A stretch of DNA of 64,000 bases from Oikopleura dioica. Taxonomy: Eukaryota > Animalia > Chordata. The notes under the pieces were generated by a model. The model was given only the letters and a program-made list of their open reading frames with translations, ran no database searches and was not told the DNA's origin. The stretch is taken from the NCBI GenBank assembly GCA_907165135.1, contig OU015567.1:558001-622000 (forward strand). The letters run 5' to 3'. Below are positions 59,743 to 64,000 of the stretch, in pieces. Every line of letters starts with the position of its first letter. The stretch's first letter is position 1. Made by a program: the position numbers and the translations under genes.

Positions 59743-62127
59743 TTGAGCCGAGGTCCAAATGTTCCAACCCCAGAAAATTCATCACTCGAGCGGAAGAGTC
59801 CTTTGATGCCCCCGACGATGCCGCAAACGAGGACCAGGCGAAATTGGACCAATGTTTAGATTTTCGCGCAATATTTGAGAAAAAATGATCATTAGTCGAA
59901 GGAGCAGCTTGGGTGTGACAAATTGCACGAGGCGAGATCCATCCTCCTTCGGCCCGTTTCTGATCTTGTTTAGCGTTGTTTACCCTGGCAAACAAAATTA
60001 CACAACAAGCAGCAAAAGGTACAACTGCACATGTGCGAAAATTGGATGAGCCCGGCGCTTCTTCGCGAATCGTGAAATTTGCAACGCCAGAGTCGATCCA
60101 CTTTCCTGCCCTGTTTTGGTATTTTCAGCATAAATCGACTCTTTCCGCCCGCGTCACTCCACCGGATGTGAATTTTTTCCGAGGATGGAACCGATTCTTG
60201 ACTGAAAATATACTCGAGTCAAAGAACTAAAAGAAGAGTTCGAACTTTCTTGTCGCAAAGAAAAATAAGGGTTTCCCCTTGCTTAAAAATCGAGAAGCCG
60301 CGCGCAGCGCGGCTATTCTTTTGATCCTTAAAGACGTATTCTACTACCCGATTTTGAAGCAAGTGACACCCTTATTTATCGATTTGATCTGGAGTCAAAG
60401 AACATTAAAAAGTGTTTGAACGGAAATAAGGGTGTCTGTCTGTTAACGCTTGAACGCACGTTTGTAAAGTTTTGCTGAACGCATATTGCGCAGATTTCTG
60501 CGCAGCGCCTTTGACGGGTTCTAGTGTCGACTTATAAAAAGATTTGAGATTATTTCAGATAGCTGATTAAAGCTGAGACGCTTGGCAACCAGAAAAATAT
60601 AGTTTTGAGTCCTAACTAGGGGAAATCACTAATAATTGGACTTTTTTTTGGGCTTAGTAGGGTGGGCATATAATACATATTTAGAAAGCCCAGGAGCTGG
60701 GGATCATTTTGACTATTGAAAGTGGGGGCTGATTCCGTACCCTGAGGGCATTTAGGGACCTCTGAAGACTCCTAACCCTAACTTTAACCTAGCTAAAACA
60801 AGTGATTTCAAGTTTTACCTAAGATATGCCATTTTCTCAACTTTTATCGACTATCATACAAAAGAATCTATCATTTTGACAATAAATCGTCATTTTGACT
60901 CTTCTAAAATAAAATTAAACCATGAAAAATTTACTGATTTCGTCAAAAAAGAATCAAATTATAAGGAAAATTTGTAGAATTTGGGCGGGACGGAAATTTT
61001 CGCTCTGAAGCCAAATTTTTAACATGAGGCCAAAAACTTTTTGATGATGGATTCGGATTCTTCATCGAAAAAGACCCCGAAAAGTGGGGGTTCATTTTAA
61101 ATTTTGATAAAGTTAAGTTTGAGTTATCGAGCTTCAACGGTGCTTTGCGCAGAAATCTGCGCAATATGCGTTCAATCATTAAAAATCGAGAAACCGCGTG
61201 CGGCTTCGAGTAGAAATAAAACCAAAAAGCCGCGCACAGCGCGGCTTTCCCTTTGATCTTTGGATTCTTATTCGTCTTCTCGATTATTAAGCGAGTGACA
61301 CCCTTATTTATCATTATCAGATGGAAGTTCAAGCAAATTTATTACCTGAAAATCGAGATTTCGATGTCTATCCCCTTAATTTTTCTGCTGTATAATTAAT
61401 CAAATTGAATTCTTGAGAGCTTAAAATAAGTCCATTGAGGGTAAAAGAGACTCAAACCGAGTTAAACGTCAGGTGAGCTTTGATAGGATTCGGGTAGATC
61501 GCAGTGTTTATTCGGAACACGTTCACTCCAGCTGCGACGCTAACTGGATCCGAATTTCGAGAAAAATAAATTTTCATAAAGCTGCTTTTTTCGCACGTTT
61601 CGAACTTCTAGTTTCGGAAAGTGAGAATAGTATTTGGGAAATTAGCTGTTTTCCAGTTTTTGGTAATCCGCGCGGGAGTGGACTTGTTTAACACAAGAAC
61701 CAAAACTTGATCGCTTTCGATAATCCGATGGTGAGCCGACAGGGATTCCACCTGCACCGTCCTAGAAATGACAAATCAACGAGAAAATTACAGGAGATTT
61801 TCGAGTGCCCATTCCAGGTGATTCTTTTCTTCGAATTTCTTTCCGCTTTGAAAAGACCAAAAACTGGCCAGGAGAAATTGTTCTCTACCGATGATTTTTG
61901 ATGATTACCCCGAAAATTAAACCCCGAATAAGCGACACCAAGCGAGCAGATTTCTCTAGTGCCTGGAGGACCCTCCTGCTGGAAGAATTCTAAGTCAAAA
62001 GAAGAATAATTTCTTCCAGAAGTTCTTTCAATTGAGTTTTATTTTTTCTAGGGCCAATTTTTATTTTTTTTTTCTAGAGCATCTGCTAGAATTCTGTGTT
62101 TTCTCGAATAAAACTCAGTTTCAAGTT

Positions 62128-63111
62128 ATGAGTACTCCCGGCGACTACAATTACGGGGCTGTGAATAATCAGTGGTCGCCAGGTTTTCAGGGGCACGAAA
62201 GTTCACAGTGGGCTGCTCCAAGTACCAATTCTTCTTCTTACTCCGGACAACCTGGAAATCCGCAATATCTTCCTGGTGCCCCTGCAAGCTCATATCCAGG
62301 ATATGTGATGAACCCTGGTGTTCATAACTTTGCACCAGTGAATGTTCCCGACAAAAACGAGCATGTTTTGCAAGATCTGCAAAAATTATTCAGGTTAATT
62401 GGTTCAATTTTACATCTTTAAAAATCTGAATCGAAAATTCAATAGCTTGAACCATTAAAAGATCGCCAGCTAACGCCGATATTCACCTGCGAAAAGCAAT
62501 CCTCCAACAATATATAGAAATCCTGACGAGCAAGAGAATAACTGTCAGACACGAAAGAACAAGAGGCGGGGGCGAAGCACAAACTACTGAGATCTACTAC
62601 AAGCCGACCAAGATGCCATTGACCAGGCAGAATTTCGCTCGAGGCGATCCAAAATTTGTTATTTATTTCATCCACTCTATTCTTCCGGGTTAATAATTTT
62701 ATAGAAAAATGAGTTTTTGAATTTTATTAAGGAAACCCAAAAGATGCAAGCTCTTGTAGATTCTCTGATAGCCGATTGTATCAGTATCCAGTTAAAACGG
62801 CGTTGTGTGGGGTTAAATCTGGCTGGAATCAGTTCATGTCCCTTTCTGAAGAAGACAGAATGATAATGGAATGCGTAAGGCTTTGTAAAGAAAAATAAAA
62901 TAAAAGCTGATGCGATTTTAGACCGGCTGGAATCAAAATCAACTCTGGGCAGGAATGGCATCAGTTCAAACTTTACGTGAGTTCAAACCGCCAAAATCAA
63001 TTTTTTGTCAACAAATAAATCAAATAACTGAGTTTTAGTGGATCAAGATTACACTTCGGGACTTGCTTGCAAAATTATCTGCAGAACTATAATATTTTTG
63101 CTTCTCTGTAG
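62128..63111 (+). CDS. Unknown protein with an N-terminal P/G/Y/S/N/Q-rich low-complexity region, about 5 exons
   Basis: ATG follows a TTTCAAG acceptor. Open exons (SPANADIHLRKAILQQYIEIL..., GNPKDASSCRF..., DAILDRLESK..., GSRLHFGTCLQNY...) are bounded by GT/AG; one donor is ambiguous. AATAAA near 63138. Confidence 0.6.
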
Positions 63112-63172
63112 AGTTCTGTTCTATTTAATCACTAAGAAATAAATTTTAATATAGAAAATTTTCTTGTATATT

Positions 63173-63946
63173 TCAGAAAATATCACATTTGCCATGAATT
63201 GTTTGGATGAAGAAATCTGAACAGAAAGAATCTTCAGTAGGACAGCGAAAGTTTTCAGTAAGGTTTTTGCTGTGAATCATTGATATAAAAGCATTAATAA
63301 AAATTTCAAGTTCGCACGCGAAATCCTTTGATAAATGTGTGCTATTTTCTCGGAGACTTTTGGTAAAAGTATGAAACTCAGCTGTCTCGAGAATTATGAA
63401 CTCAATTCTTATTGTGTCGAAAGAGGCACCGCTAATCTCGCCGGAAACAGGTTGCATCGGAATAATTCCTGCATAGGACTCATGGCTCCTGCATTTTCCC
63501 CTCCAGTACCAGTAGATGTCATCCTTTGTGGCAAGCTGCATTTCTGCAGCGCATTTCAATAGTGACGAATCGAAATCTTCATGCTCCGAACTCGCGGATT
63601 TTTGAAACTGTTTTCTCGCTCTGTCAAGAAACATTTTTCTTGTAAACCTTTGAATGATTGTTCAACACGAATTTCTCTATCTTTGGAAACTTACGCTCCA
63701 TTTGAAGTTTTGTTAACCACAGAAATATCTAAAATGTCGATTCTCTTGGTGTTGACATCTTGTTTTATAATTCTTTTCGTTTATTTGTTTGAGCTTTCGG
63801 AATTAAATTCCATCTTCAGAAACTAAGTACAGTTAACATAAAATACTCAGAAAAGTAAGCTTACCATGTGAGTGGCAAGAGAGAAATTTAGCGCACTGAA
63901 GTTTTGACAAGAAAATTAGAAGGAGAAGAGTGATATCTAGATTCAT
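63173..63946 (-). CDS. Putative secreted protein of unknown family, convergent with the previous gene
   Basis: Signal-like MNLDITLLLLIFLSKLQCA. Two GTAAG donors. The 153-aa ORF extends upstream in frame across a GT-AG intron. One junction would need a non-canonical donor. Confidence 0.55.
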
Positions 63947-64000
63947 TTGATGGGCATGTATTTCACAACAATAACGCCCATCAAATCAATTTTTATTGTT

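Overview
Eukaryotic, AT-rich genomic DNA with very short introns (mostly 30-60 nt) and several non-GT donors. It most likely comes from the larvacean tunicate Oikopleura dioica; this is an inference from intron size, donor usage and gene content, not a database match. Genes I could rebuild by hand: CFAP77 (5' end outside the window), a secreted CAP/SCP protein, two tandem Cys-rich + Kelch-like paralogs, a small antisense gene nested in an intron of the second paralog, a B-type ephrin (24.5-30.7 kb), a type II mucin-stalk membrane protein, a Zn-finger/coiled-coil/RING protein, a CHAC1-like enzyme, and two convergent unknown genes at the right end. The second Kelch paralog carries a frameshift. 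The rest is dense in non-autonomous DNA transposons with readable TIRs and TSDs: hAT-like (8-bp TSD), MULE-like (9-bp), piggyBac-like and Kolobok-like (TTAA), and TA-flanked foldbacks. No transposase ORF was found. The most striking structure is a nested transposon stack at 37.9-43.1 kb. It holds two oppositely oriented arrays of a 56-bp hairpin repeat that share both outer flanks but sit in different host elements. No tRNA, rRNA or CRISPR array is supported. All coordinates were read by eye and may be off by a few bases.
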